From an uncultured Alphaproteobacteria bacterium (lineage in GTDB: Bacteria > Pseudomonadota > Alphaproteobacteria > Rickettsiales > CAIJLX01), in NCBI GenBank assembly GCA_903821695.1, contig CAIJLX010000027.1:1006-65005 (forward strand): a DNA stretch of 64,000 nt, given 5' to 3'. The first letter of the stretch is position 1. The number at the start of each line of letters is the position of its first letter. The translations under genes were made by a program, and so were the position numbers. Positions 27,682-37,851 of the stretch are shown piece after piece. The notes beneath the pieces are model-generated. The model saw only the letters and a program-made list of their open reading frames with translations. It made no database searches and was not told the origin of the DNA.

Positions 27682-28775
27682 GCCGCGTGCCTTATATTTT
27701 TTCGCGTTACATGATACGCCACTTCTTACTTAGCGTCGGCATTGTGTTTGCTGCGATGGCGAGCTTAATTATGCTAATCGATGCGGTAGAATTATTGCGC
27801 CGGGTGGTGAGTAAATCTGTGCCGCTTTATTTGCTTGCAGAAATGATCATCCTCAAATTTCCGATGTTGTCACAAAAGACGATTCCTTTTGCAGTGTTAA
27901 TCGGCACCGTACTTACATTCACCCGCCTGAGCCGCAGCCAAGAAATGGTGATTGCGCGTTCTTCCGGTATCTCTGTCTGGCAGTTTTTGGCACCGGCGAT
28001 TATTACTTCATTTCTGATGGGGCTTATTATCATCGCTGTCATTAACCCAATCTCCTGCGCCATGTTGGCGCGGTATGAGCGGATTGAGGATAGGTTATTT
28101 GCCGGCCGCGCGAATGTGATGAGCGTATCAAAATCCGGACTCTGGCTTAAACAAAAGGAGGCGGATGGTGGCGAAACGATTATTCATTCGATGCATGCTT
28201 CAAGCTTAGAAGGCAATCTCAATCAGGCTATTCTCTTTTTCTTTTCGCCGGAAGGAAAATTCATCAAGCGGGTGGATGCGGACCATGCCCTGCTCGATCA
28301 TGGCGTATGGAAATTGGATAAGGTGACTCTAACACCTGCGAATCAAGATGTGCAGCGGATGGAGCATGCAGATATTCCAACCACCCTCACCCTCGAACAA
28401 ATTCAGGAAAGTTTCGCAAGCCCGGAGACTCTATCTTTCTGGGCGCTGCCAGGCTTTATTCAAACCCTGCAAGAAGCTGGCTTCTCCGCTTTGCGCCATC
28501 AACTTTATTATCGCAGCTTATTAGTATTACCATTCTTCCTAAGCGCGATGGTTCTTGTGGGTGCGTTGTTTTCATTAAGTGTGCCGCGCTTTGCAAAAAC
28601 CAGCCGTTTAATGGGCGGCAGTGTACTTACCGGCTTCTTAATTTATTTCATTAACGACATCGTTTCCGCCTTCGGACTTTCCGGGAGCATTCCTCTTTCT
28701 CTGGCAGCTTTTGCACCAATCGCCATTATCACATTGATTAGTTTGGGTTTTTTATTACATTTGGAAGATGGTTAA
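27678..28775 (+). CDS. lptG: LPS export ABC transporter permease LptG
   Basis: Paralogous YjgP/YjgQ permease. Four-nt overlap with lptF. Confidence 0.88.
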   Translation: MSRVPYIFSRYMIRHFLLSVGIVFAAMASLIMLIDAVELLRRVVSKSVPLYLLAEMIILKFPMLSQKTIPFAVLIGTVLTFTRLSRSQEMVIARSSGISVWQFLAPAIITSFLMGLIIIAVINPISCAMLARYERIEDRLFAGRANVMSVSKSGLWLKQKEADGGETIIHSMHASSLEGNLNQAILFFFSPEGKFIKRVDADHALLDHGVWKLDKVTLTPANQDVQRMEHADIPTTLTLEQIQESFASPETLSFWALPGFIQTLQEAGFSALRHQLYYRSLLVLPFFLSAMVLVGALFSLSVPRFAKTSRLMGGSVLTGFLIYFINDIVSAFGLSGSIPLSLAAFAPIAIITLISLGFLLHLEDG

Positions 28776-30954
28776 ACAGACCCTCTCTCTTTTTGCGTGT
28801 TTTTTTATTTGCACTGCAGCATATGCCGCGCGTAATTCCGCAATCGACCCCAACACCAAACAAGGGCCACAGCCTTTTAAAGTAGCTGAACAAGATGTAA
28901 ACGCACCCGCCGCCTTCAAGGCAGATTCATTACATTACGACCCCACCACTCAACAAGTATTCGCCGAAGGCCATGTAGAAGTAAGCCAAGATAAGCGAAT
29001 TTTATTTGCCGATAAGGTGACATATTATCAGGCCACCGATGTAGTTGAGGCGAGCGGGAACGTTGTGGTGATGGAGCCTAATGGGCAAGCTTATTTCGCG
29101 GATAACGTAGTATTGAACAAACAGCTCAAACGCGGCGTCGTTAAAAACATAAAAGCCATACTGGCCGATAAATCTCGCCTCGCTGCTGGCACTGCAATGC
29201 ATCTGAATGAGAATGTCACTAAATTCCGCAACGTTGTTTATTCGCCCTGCAAGCCCTGTAAAAATAACCCGAACAAGGCGCCGCTGTGGCAACTCAAGGC
29301 CAAAAAAGTAAAAATGGATGAGGAGAAACAGAGCCTCACCTATCAAAACGCGGTGATGGAGCTTTATGGAGTGCCGGTATTTTATACACCGTATTTTTCG
29401 CACCCCACTCCTAATGCGGATAATAAAAGTGGCTTCCTGATCCCGACCTATCGCAATTCAACCGTTTTCGGCACGACATTCCAGACACCCTACTATCTTT
29501 CCATCGCGCCGAATATGGACCTTACTTTCGCGCCTATTTTCACCGAGAAAGAAGGTGTGGTGATGGCCGGTGAATTTCGCCACCTCATGGAAAACGGTGA
29601 TTATAAATTAAAAGCCAGCATTACAAACCCAACCAAACGCGACAATACGGGCCAGCAAATTGAGGGAAATGAAATCCGAGGACATCTCGAAGGCGAAGGT
29701 AAATTTGATTTGAAGGATGATTGGGCCTGGGGTTTTTCTGGCAAACGCGCAACCGATGATACCTATTTAAGTCGTTATCGCTTCGGCAATGAGACTACGC
29801 TTACCTCAACCGCCTATATCAACCAAATCAAAAACCGTGATTTCATTGAAATCCGCGCGCTTACTTTCCAGGGCCTCAAAGCAGGTGATAACCCAGACAC
29901 AACTCCACTTATTCTGCCTTTAACAAACACGCATTTTGAATCCGCTCCCGGTTATCTCGGCTCAAAACTCGCACTCGACACCAACACAAATGTTCTTTTC
30001 CGAGAAACCGGCGCCCAAAGCCGCCGCGCTTCGATGACAGGCAGTTATCATCTGCCTATCATCACCCCTTCTGGTAACTTGATTGAACTAGGCGCACAAT
30101 TACGTGGCGATATTTATTCTGTTGAAGATGTTGGTTATGATGGCCAAGAAAATACCCCAGGCCGCTTAATCCCGGAGTTAAATGCGGAATGGTCTTACCC
30201 CCTCATGCGCCGCTTGGGCGAGGGTAATCTTATAGTCTCGCCAATCGTCACCGGCGCGATCAGCCCTTATGGTGGCAACCCCAAATCAATCCCCAACGAA
30301 GACAGCCAAAACTTTGAACTGAACGACCTGAACGTATTCAGCAGCAATAAGTTCACAGGCCTCGACCGAGTGGAGGACGGCCCACGCACCAGTTATGGCG
30401 TTCGTAGCAATTATAATACCGACAGCAATAAAAGCCTCGGCATCTTACTCGCCGAGAGTTATCGCATGCGTGACGACCGCCAGAACAATGAAGCAGGTTT
30501 AGAACCAGGTGCATCCAGTTATGTCGGCAGAATCGATATGAGTGATAACCGTTATATTGACCTCACCTATAATTTCCGCATAAGCAAACGAAATGGCAAT
30601 TTCGAACGCAGCGAAATTTCAAATACTTTATACCTCAATCCTATTAATTTGAGTGTTGATTATATCTTCTTAGATGATGAATTCCGCACCTTAGGCGGTG
30701 ACCGTGAAGAAATCAGCGGTAGCGCATCATATCAAATTGCACCAGCCTGGACTGCCGTTGGAAATTTACGCCGTGGTTTGGCTCAATCGGAGCAAAATGG
30801 GGGCTTGATTTCAAGCGGTTTGGGCTTATTGTTTAGGAACGAATGTTTTGGCTTTTCCCTCATCTTAAACCGCGAGTATACGCGTGATCGCGATATCCCA
30901 CCTTCTACATCTGTCACCTTCCAAGTGGCGCTTAAAAATCTTAGCTATAAGTAG
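28768..30954 (+). CDS. lptD: LPS-assembly protein LptD
   Basis: Signal peptide, an OstA-like N-terminal domain (ADSLHYDPTTQQVFAEGHVEV...) and a large beta-barrel with an aromatic terminus. lptD-surA-rsmA synteny. Confidence 0.9.
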   Translation: MVKQTLSLFACFFICTAAYAARNSAIDPNTKQGPQPFKVAEQDVNAPAAFKADSLHYDPTTQQVFAEGHVEVSQDKRILFADKVTYYQATDVVEASGNVVVMEPNGQAYFADNVVLNKQLKRGVVKNIKAILADKSRLAAGTAMHLNENVTKFRNVVYSPCKPCKNNPNKAPLWQLKAKKVKMDEEKQSLTYQNAVMELYGVPVFYTPYFSHPTPNADNKSGFLIPTYRNSTVFGTTFQTPYYLSIAPNMDLTFAPIFTEKEGVVMAGEFRHLMENGDYKLKASITNPTKRDNTGQQIEGNEIRGHLEGEGKFDLKDDWAWGFSGKRATDDTYLSRYRFGNETTLTSTAYINQIKNRDFIEIRALTFQGLKAGDNPDTTPLILPLTNTHFESAPGYLGSKLALDTNTNVLFRETGAQSRRASMTGSYHLPIITPSGNLIELGAQLRGDIYSVEDVGYDGQENTPGRLIPELNAEWSYPLMRRLGEGNLIVSPIVTGAISPYGGNPKSIPNEDSQNFELNDLNVFSSNKFTGLDRVEDGPRTSYGVRSNYNTDSNKSLGILLAESYRMRDDRQNNEAGLEPGASSYVGRIDMSDNRYIDLTYNFRISKRNGNFERSEISNTLYLNPINLSVDYIFLDDEFRTLGGDREEISGSASYQIAPAWTAVGNLRRGLAQSEQNGGLISSGLGLLFRNECFGFSLILNREYTRDRDIPPSTSVTFQVALKNLSYK

Positions 30955-32167
30955 CCTGCTTTTTTGCGCGCTGCCGCTGCTGGCCAGTAACGTCAATATC
31001 GTTGCGGTGGTGAATGGAAAAGCCATCACCAGCACCATGCTGGAAAACCGCCTGCAGCTCGTTTTTACGTCTTCTAACATTCCCGATAATGCGGAAACCC
31101 GCAAACGCTTCTCCTCACAAATCCTCGACAACCTGATCGATGAAACCCTGCAGAAGCAAGAAGCCGAGCTCAATAACGTTACTGTTACACCCGAAGATAT
31201 GAAACGGGCGATCTCAGATCTCGAGCAACGCAATAAAATGCCGGAAGGCAGCTTTGAGAAATCCTTGACTAGTCGTGGCATTAATAAAGATAGTGCGTTG
31301 CAGCAGATTAGCGCACGCCTGCTTTGGCAGAAACTTTCCTTACGGAAACTGCGCTCGCGCGTTAATGTCAGCCAGGCGGAATTGCAGGAAGGATTAGATC
31401 AATTCACACGCAAACAAAATCGCCGTGAATATGCGTTATCTGAAATTGTGCTGCCTATTACTGACAGCTCTAAGCGCGCCGAAATCAAAGCGCTCGCCGT
31501 TCACATCATTTCCGAAATCCGTAAGGGTGCAGAATTCGGTGTATTCGCCCGCCAGTTCTCTTCTAGCAGCACCGCCCTGCAAGGGGGTGATGCGGGCTGG
31601 ATTCCGGAGGAGCGCCTTGATGCGGAATCCATAAAAGCACTGCGTAATACCGGAGAAGGAAAAATTACCGAGCCGGTTGAGAGCGATAGTGCCATCCGTA
31701 TTTACAAACTAAACCGCCGCTTTGATCCGAAAGATGTGGAACTTGAAGTCAAGCAAATCCAGCTGAACGCACCCGTTACCGCTGAAGCACCGCAAGCCTT
31801 TATGGATGCCGCGAAAGCATTGAAGGGTTGCGACAATGTGGATGATGTCGCCGAAACATTAAAGACGATGCTTTCCCCAGCCGCCCTTCCTAATTTTTCA
31901 AACCTTGATTTAGGTAAAATTAAGCTGAGCGATCTCGCCGCTGAATTCCGCGATGATGTGGCGGCATTAAACGCTGGGCAAGTGAGCCCTGTGTTAAACA
32001 AACCAAGTGGTATAAATATCTTCGTCGTCTGCTCACGCTCAGCAACTAGCAATGCATTACCTAGCGAAGAAAAAGTACGTGAAGTGATTAGCCGCGATAA
32101 ACTTGACCTTGAATCACGGCGTTATCTGGGCCAGTTGCGCCGCGCAGCGTTCATCGAAAAAAGATGA
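30884..32167 (+). CDS. surA: periplasmic chaperone / peptidyl-prolyl isomerase SurA
   Basis: Signal peptide (LLFCALPLLAS), a SurA N-domain (VAVVNGKAITSTMLENRL) and a parvulin domain (FARQFSSSSTALQGGDAGWI). The start (GTG at 30884) is uncertain and overlaps the end of lptD. Confidence 0.85.
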   Translation: MIAISHLLHLSPSKWRLKILAISSLLFCALPLLASNVNIVAVVNGKAITSTMLENRLQLVFTSSNIPDNAETRKRFSSQILDNLIDETLQKQEAELNNVTVTPEDMKRAISDLEQRNKMPEGSFEKSLTSRGINKDSALQQISARLLWQKLSLRKLRSRVNVSQAELQEGLDQFTRKQNRREYALSEIVLPITDSSKRAEIKALAVHIISEIRKGAEFGVFARQFSSSSTALQGGDAGWIPEERLDAESIKALRNTGEGKITEPVESDSAIRIYKLNRRFDPKDVELEVKQIQLNAPVTAEAPQAFMDAAKALKGCDNVDDVAETLKTMLSPAALPNFSNLDLGKIKLSDLAAEFRDDVAALNAGQVSPVLNKPSGINIFVVCSRSATSNALPSEEKVREVISRDKLDLESRRYLGQLRRAAFIEKR

Positions 32168-32973
32168 AGGAGTTTTCGCTTCGCAGCGTCATCGATCGGC
32201 ATAATCTCCAGCCACAAAAAAAGCTGGGGCAAAACTTCATCCTGGATCAAAACATCACCGATAAAATTGCTCGCTCCGCAGGCGTCATCGAAGGTCAAAC
32301 CATCTTAGAAATCGGCCCTGGCCCTGGCGGCCTCACTCGCTCTATCCTCAAGCAAAATCCGAAACACCTTTACGCGATCGAAAAAGACCCGCGCTGCATC
32401 GCCGCCATTCAAGAAATCGGTGATCCGCGTTTAAGCATCATCGAAGCCGATGCCCTCAAATTCGACATTACCACCCTGCCCTCCAACATCAAAATTATCG
32501 CGAACCTGCCCTATAATATCGGCACCGAATTGCTCATGCGTTGGCTCGATAATATTAGCCACCTCCAAGATCTCACCATTATGCTGCAAAAAGAAGTGGC
32601 CGATCGCATCACCGCAACCCCAGACAATAAAGAATATGGGCGGCTCTCTGTTTTCTGCCAATGGCTCTGTGATATCCATATCGCGTTTGATCTGCCGCCG
32701 GAAGTGTTCTTCCCGCCACCAAAAGTGACCTCAAGTGTCATTCATTTAAAACCGCTTGTTACTCCGCGTTATCCGGCCGATGCAAAAACATTACAGCATG
32801 TGGTTAAAACCGCATTCAATCAGCGGCGTAAAATGTTACGCGGTAGTTTAAAATCGTTATCGCCCGATATTGAGGGGCTGTTACGTTCGGCAGATATCCG
32901 GCCAGATGCGCGGCCGGAAGACATCACCATCGAAGCGTTTTGCCGCCTCGCATGTTTGGTGCATTCTCTATAA
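32164..32973 (+). CDS. rsmA: 16S rRNA (adenine1518/1519-N6)-dimethyltransferase
   Basis: KKLGQNFILDQNI, ILEIGPGPGGLT and IIANLPYNI. Confidence 0.95.
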   Translation: MKEFSLRSVIDRHNLQPQKKLGQNFILDQNITDKIARSAGVIEGQTILEIGPGPGGLTRSILKQNPKHLYAIEKDPRCIAAIQEIGDPRLSIIEADALKFDITTLPSNIKIIANLPYNIGTELLMRWLDNISHLQDLTIMLQKEVADRITATPDNKEYGRLSVFCQWLCDIHIAFDLPPEVFFPPPKVTSSVIHLKPLVTPRYPADAKTLQHVVKTAFNQRRKMLRGSLKSLSPDIEGLLRSADIRPDARPEDITIEAFCRLACLVHSL

Positions 32974-34198
32974 ATCCGTCGACATAAACTCGCGTGAGCA
33001 TAAACGCGAATAGCCCTGTCGCCACCCACCATTCCTGCCATACATTGAACGCAAATAGACTAATACCAAGATAACTCATTAGCATCGCAACCATCGCCGC
33101 TTGCTGAATAGGCGCACGCACTTCCCGCGCAATCCAATTCAGCGCCGAAAGCAAAATCGCGATATAAAGCGCCAAGCCAACATAACCCAATTCGAGCCAA
33201 ACTTGGAGGATGCTATTATGTGTATGATTCGGCAAATAAACCGAGCCTTCTGGCAAAGATTGGTTCGGAAGCTGAATCGCCTCTTTGCCTCCCGGGATAT
33301 CCCGCGAACTGTAAAAACCATAGCCGGTAAATGCCTCTTCCTGTGCTTTCGCACCGGCAAAATGCCAAATGAATATCCGATGCACCGAAGAAAGGGGCAA
33401 TCCTTTATTCACATAATCGATGGGCTGCACTCGCGGAGCTATAATCACCTCTGCAATTGCCAATAAAACAATCGCGACTTGCAACAAACGAATGCCAATT
33501 TTCGGCGCAAACAAAACTGCCGAAAAAGCAATCAACCCACAGCCAAAACCAACCTTCGCCGAGAGGCTCTCAAGCCGGCCAAGTGCAACCATCAAAATAA
33601 TAGCAAGAGCAATAAGCCACGGCATAACCTCGCCTGCATTTTGGCGAATTTTACGGCTGAGTGACATTACTAGTACCCAGAAAATAACTGCTAGAAAACA
33701 AGCGCCGCGATTATAATGCTGAATGGAAAAAAACTGAAATGGGCGGCCGAATAGATGGGTGCGAAAAAACGAATCCAATACACCGTAAGAAAATATTTCA
33801 ATCGCGATTAATAGAATCGCAAGTGGTATCGCAATCATGAGCGCTAGCGTCAATACTTCCAGCTGCGTTTTGCGCAAATAACCAAGCACCCCTGAGACCA
33901 CGATACTCAATATAATAATTAGGAAAGTGGCTGCCCATTCGAGAAAGGCCTGGTCCATATCTATCGCCCAGAAACCGGAGATAAAAGCCCATAAAGTAAA
34001 TAATACGACCAGGAAAATGGTGCTGTTAAAGGGTACTACCAATGCGTTTTTACGTAAACCTTCGATTAATAACGCGACGATTACAATGCTATAAAATGGA
34101 GCAATCGCGAGGCCGGAGAATATGGAAACGGAGGGAGAAAAAAACGTGGCCAACAATAATAATGAAAAACTGATGGTGAGGTGTTGGCGGGAAATCAT
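32924..34198 (-). CDS. O-antigen ligase family (Wzy_C/WaaL-like) membrane protein
   Basis: About 10-12 TMs, a periplasmic loop, and HTHNSILQVWLELGYVGLALY, the typical O-antigen ligase motif. Convergent 50-nt overlap with rsmA. Confidence 0.7.
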   Translation of the reverse strand: MISRQHLTISFSLLLLATFFSPSVSIFSGLAIAPFYSIVIVALLIEGLRKNALVVPFNSTIFLVVLFTLWAFISGFWAIDMDQAFLEWAATFLIIILSIVVSGVLGYLRKTQLEVLTLALMIAIPLAILLIAIEIFSYGVLDSFFRTHLFGRPFQFFSIQHYNRGACFLAVIFWVLVMSLSRKIRQNAGEVMPWLIALAIILMVALGRLESLSAKVGFGCGLIAFSAVLFAPKIGIRLLQVAIVLLAIAEVIIAPRVQPIDYVNKGLPLSSVHRIFIWHFAGAKAQEEAFTGYGFYSSRDIPGGKEAIQLPNQSLPEGSVYLPNHTHNSILQVWLELGYVGLALYIAILLSALNWIAREVRAPIQQAAMVAMLMSYLGISLFAFNVWQEWWVATGLFAFMLTRVYVDGFIENAPNMRGGKTLRW

Positions 34199-34857
34199 GC
34201 GACCGTTCCTTTAAGCAATTGTTCAACGAAGCTTTGAAGCCCTTCTTGACGCTCACGGCGCAAACGTTCTGCGCGGAGGATGGAATAGACTTTTTGCAAG
34301 CTTTCTTCTAGGTCTTTATTAACCACGACGTAATCATATTCATTCCAATGGCTGATCTCGATATTTGCCTTGCTCATGCGATGCTGAAGTACTTCTTCAC
34401 TATCTTCCGCGCGTTTGCGTAGGCGTAGCTCAAGCTCCTCCATCGAGGGTGGCAAAATAAATACACTCACCACATCCTCCCGCGCGCGTTGCGCAAGTTG
34501 GCGGGTGCCTTGCCAATCGATGTCAAAAAGAACATCCGTTCCTTTGGCAAGCATTTTTGTGACTTCCGCGGCTGGAGTGCCGTAGTAGTTTCCGAACACT
34601 TCAGCACTTTCTAGGAATTCACCATTGGCCTTGGTTGTCTCAAATTCTTTTTTATCCATGAAAATATAATGCGTACCGTGTTTTTCATTTGGGCGCATCG
34701 GGCGTGTGGTCGCCGAAATGGAGAGCGCGAGATTTTCGTCTTTTTGCAATAACATCCGCGAAAGTGTGGTCTTACCTGCGCCCGATGGCGAAGAAAGAAC
34801 GAACATGAAACCTTTACGGCGAATAGGGCTTGAGATTTGGAGTGGTGTCTGCAACAT
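34195..34857 (-). CDS. gmk: guanylate kinase
   Basis: P-loop SSPSGAGKTT, ISATTRPMRPNE..G..Y.F and EVFGNYYGTP. I use the ATG at 34857, because the track start at 34896 would overlap the divergent SDR gene. Confidence 0.93.
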   Translation of the reverse strand: MLQTPLQISSPIRRKGFMFVLSSPSGAGKTTLSRMLLQKDENLALSISATTRPMRPNEKHGTHYIFMDKKEFETTKANGEFLESAEVFGNYYGTPAAEVTKMLAKGTDVLFDIDWQGTRQLAQRAREDVVSVFILPPSMEELELRLRKRAEDSEEVLQHRMSKANIEISHWNEYDYVVVNKDLEESLQKVYSILRAERLRRERQEGLQSFVEQLLKGTVA

Positions 34858-34887
34858 GGAACGTAACCTAACCAAAGGCGAAAGAGG

Positions 34888-35628
34888 ATGCAACATATCC
34901 TGATCACTGGAGCATCAAGTGGCTTAGGCGCGGCACTCGCGCTTGGCTTTGCCTCGCCCAGCACCCGGCTTTTGCTCACCGGGCGTGATGCAAAACGCCT
35001 CTCGCAAGTCGTTTCCTCCTGCGAAGCACGTGGCGCAACCGTCGTCGCCGCACCGATTGATGTACGCGATAAAGAAGCAATGGCCGCCTTCGTCACCTCT
35101 TATCCGATCGATATCGCCATCGCCAATGCAGGCATCTCCGCAGGCACCGCCGGCGGCCCCGAGTCACCCGAACAAACCGCAGCGATTTTTGCAACCAATG
35201 TGCAGGGCGTTCTAAACACCCTTGAACCACTCATCCCCCAAATGGAAAAACGTCGACGCGGACAGATGGTCATCATCAGCTCACTCGCCAGTTTCAAAGG
35301 CTTCCCCGGTGCGCCCGCCTATTGCGCGAGCAAAGCCGCCGTCCGTTATCTCGGCGAAGCATGGCGCCCGTTATTGCGCCCGCTCGGCATTAAAGTAAAT
35401 GTTATCTGCCCCGGCTTCATCCGCACGCGCATGACAGATGCCAATAAATTTCCAATGCCATTAATGATGAGCCCGGAAGAAGCGGCTTCGATTATCTTGC
35501 GAGGCCTCAAACAAAACAGAGCACGGATCGCTTTCCCTTGGCAGCTTTATGCAGCGAGTTGGTTCATTGGCATTCTTCCGCCGAGCTTTGTCGATTGGTT
35601 TATTTCGATGGTGCCAGCAAAGCTGTAG
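34888..35628 (+). CDS. short-chain dehydrogenase/reductase (SDR)
   Basis: ILITGASSGLGAALA Rossmann motif, NAG, and catalytic YCASKAA. Confidence 0.88.
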   Translation: MQHILITGASSGLGAALALGFASPSTRLLLTGRDAKRLSQVVSSCEARGATVVAAPIDVRDKEAMAAFVTSYPIDIAIANAGISAGTAGGPESPEQTAAIFATNVQGVLNTLEPLIPQMEKRRRGQMVIISSLASFKGFPGAPAYCASKAAVRYLGEAWRPLLRPLGIKVNVICPGFIRTRMTDANKFPMPLMMSPEEAASIILRGLKQNRARIAFPWQLYAASWFIGILPPSFVDWFISMVPAKL

Positions 35629-36943
35629 CCACTTCACGGCCAACAGAATGATAGGTAATCCCCTGCTTCGCCATCATCGCACGATCAAATAGATTACGCA
35701 TATCGACCACGATTGGCTGCTTCATTTTCTTCTTCATCTTGCGCCAATCGATCGTCGAGAACATCTGCCATTCGGTCAGAATTACCGCCGCATCAACCTT
35801 TTGCAGCGCCTCATCCATATCCTCACACCACTGCGCATCTTTGCCAGTTTTCAATATAGATTTCGCCTGATCCATTCCTTCCGGGTCAAATAATTTCAGC
35901 ACTGCTCCAGCCTTGAGCAGATAAGGCACAATCACCAACGATGCACTTTCGCGCATATCATCCGTATTCGCCTTAAACGTAAGCCCCAAAATACCAATCG
36001 TTTTACCTTTAATATTTCCACCCAGAGCCGCGATAATTTTTTTCGCCATCGTAAATTTGCGCTCTTCATTGCTTTCAATCACCGCCGGAATGAGATGATT
36101 TTTTGCACCATAGTTTTCCGCAATATATTGCAGGGCTCGCGTATCTTTTGGAAAACACGACCCACCAAACCCAGGCCCCGGTTTCAAATAGGTGCGCCCA
36201 ATTCGCGGATCAAGACCCATACCCTGCGCAAGCACTTCGACGTCCGCTTTCGCTTTTTCGCAAATATCTGCCATCTCATTAATAAACGCGATCTTCGTGG
36301 CGAGGAATCCATTGGCCGCATATTTTGTAAGTTCAGAAGTCTGCGTATTGGTGCAAATGAGCGGAATACCGCGACCCGTAATCGGCAAATAAAGCTGTCG
36401 TAATTTTTGTTCTGCTTTCGCCGAACTCACCCCAATAATCACCCGATCCGGCTGCAAGAAATCCAACACCGCACAGCCCTCGCGTAGGAACTCTGGATTG
36501 GATGCAACATATACATCCTTCTTCTTTCGTGTTTTATAAATCACCGCGCGAATACGGCTGGCGGTTCCAACCGGCACCGTCGATTTTGTAACTACTACCG
36601 CACCTTTTTGTATCAACGGCGCAATATCGCGTGCAGCCTGGAAGATCCAGCTTAAATCCGCACTACCATCTTTCGGGTTCGTCGGTGTGCCTACCGCGAT
36701 GAATACAATTTCAGCGCCCTGTAAACCTTCCTTCAACTGAGTGGTAAAACTTAAGCGCTTATTCTTCGCATGCTGAATAACGAGCGCCTCGAGATCCGGT
36801 TCATAAATCGGAATTCGCCCTTTTTTGAGCGCTTCAATTTTATTTTTATCCGTATCAATACAGGTTACATGATGCCCAAGTTCCGCAAAACATGTGCCTG
36901 AAACAAGCCCGACATATCCCGTACCAATCACCGCAATTTTCAT
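35600..36943 (-). CDS. ugd: UDP-glucose 6-dehydrogenase
   Basis: MKIAVIGTGYVGLVSG, NPEFLREG and GFGGSCFPKD (catalytic Cys). Confidence 0.93.
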   Translation of the reverse strand: MKIAVIGTGYVGLVSGTCFAELGHHVTCIDTDKNKIEALKKGRIPIYEPDLEALVIQHAKNKRLSFTTQLKEGLQGAEIVFIAVGTPTNPKDGSADLSWIFQAARDIAPLIQKGAVVVTKSTVPVGTASRIRAVIYKTRKKKDVYVASNPEFLREGCAVLDFLQPDRVIIGVSSAKAEQKLRQLYLPITGRGIPLICTNTQTSELTKYAANGFLATKIAFINEMADICEKAKADVEVLAQGMGLDPRIGRTYLKPGPGFGGSCFPKDTRALQYIAENYGAKNHLIPAVIESNEERKFTMAKKIIAALGGNIKGKTIGILGLTFKANTDDMRESASLVIVPYLLKAGAVLKLFDPEGMDQAKSILKTGKDAQWCEDMDEALQKVDAAVILTEWQMFSTIDWRKMKKKMKQPIVVDMRNLFDRAMMAKQGITYHSVGREVATALLAPSK

Positions 36944-37827
36944 TTTTTACGCGCCTTTTTTAGGAACCGCTCCATAATCTCAACCATCGGCTCATGCAGT
37001 TCTGGGTTCTGCAGTGCATAACCAATATTCGCCTCAAGGAAGCCACGGCGACTACCGCAATCAAACCGCTGCCCATGGCACACCACAGCGTGGAATGTAT
37101 GCCCATCCTCAATCATCCGCTGCATCGCATCCGTCAGCTGAATCTCACCGCCCGCCCCACGCTGCCCTTTTTCCAAATACGGAAAAATAGCATCGGTCAA
37201 AATATAGCGCCCAATAATGGAAAGGTTTGATGGCGCATTATCCGGCGATGGCTTCTCCACCATCCGCTTAATCCGCACCACATCGCCCTCACCTTCCGGG
37301 TCAATAATGCCATAGCTCGATACTTTTTCTTTCGGCACTGGATAAACCGCGACAACATTCCCGCCCGTTTCCTCATGCACCTTCACCATGCGATTGAGTG
37401 AGGATTCGCCATCCGGAATCAACATTTCGTCCGCCAGCAAAACGGCGAACGCCTCATCCTTAATAAAATTCCGCGCACACCACACGGCATGCCCCAGCCC
37501 CAAGGGCTCCTGCTGACGAATAAACGCCACCTGACCAGGCTTCGGCAGCCAATCCCGCGTAATCTCCAGCAGATGCTTTTTTTCCTTCTCATCGAGCGTG
37601 CGCTGCAATTCAAACGCATGGTCAAAATGATTCATCAGAACGTTCTTATTTCGTCCGGTAATAAAAATATGCTGCTCACACCCCGCCGCTAACGCCTCTT
37701 CAAACGAATATTGAATCAGCGGCTTATCCACCACCGGCAACATTTCCTTGGGCATAACCTTAGTCGCCGGCAAAAACCGAGTGCCAAGGCCACCAACGGG
37801 GTATAGGGCTTTTTTGAGAATAGTCAT
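36940..37827 (-). CDS. galU: UTP--glucose-1-phosphate uridylyltransferase
   Basis: KALYPVGGLGTRFLPATKVMPKEMLPVVDKPLIQY, QQEPLGLGHAV and VEKP. Confidence 0.95.
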   Translation of the reverse strand: MTILKKALYPVGGLGTRFLPATKVMPKEMLPVVDKPLIQYSFEEALAAGCEQHIFITGRNKNVLMNHFDHAFELQRTLDEKEKKHLLEITRDWLPKPGQVAFIRQQEPLGLGHAVWCARNFIKDEAFAVLLADEMLIPDGESSLNRMVKVHEETGGNVVAVYPVPKEKVSSYGIIDPEGEGDVVRIKRMVEKPSPDNAPSNLSIIGRYILTDAIFPYLEKGQRGAGGEIQLTDAMQRMIEDGHTFHAVVCHGQRFDCGSRRGFLEANIGYALQNPELHEPMVEIMERFLKKARKK

Positions 37828-37851
37828 TAACGTGGGGTTTTACCCGCCTAC

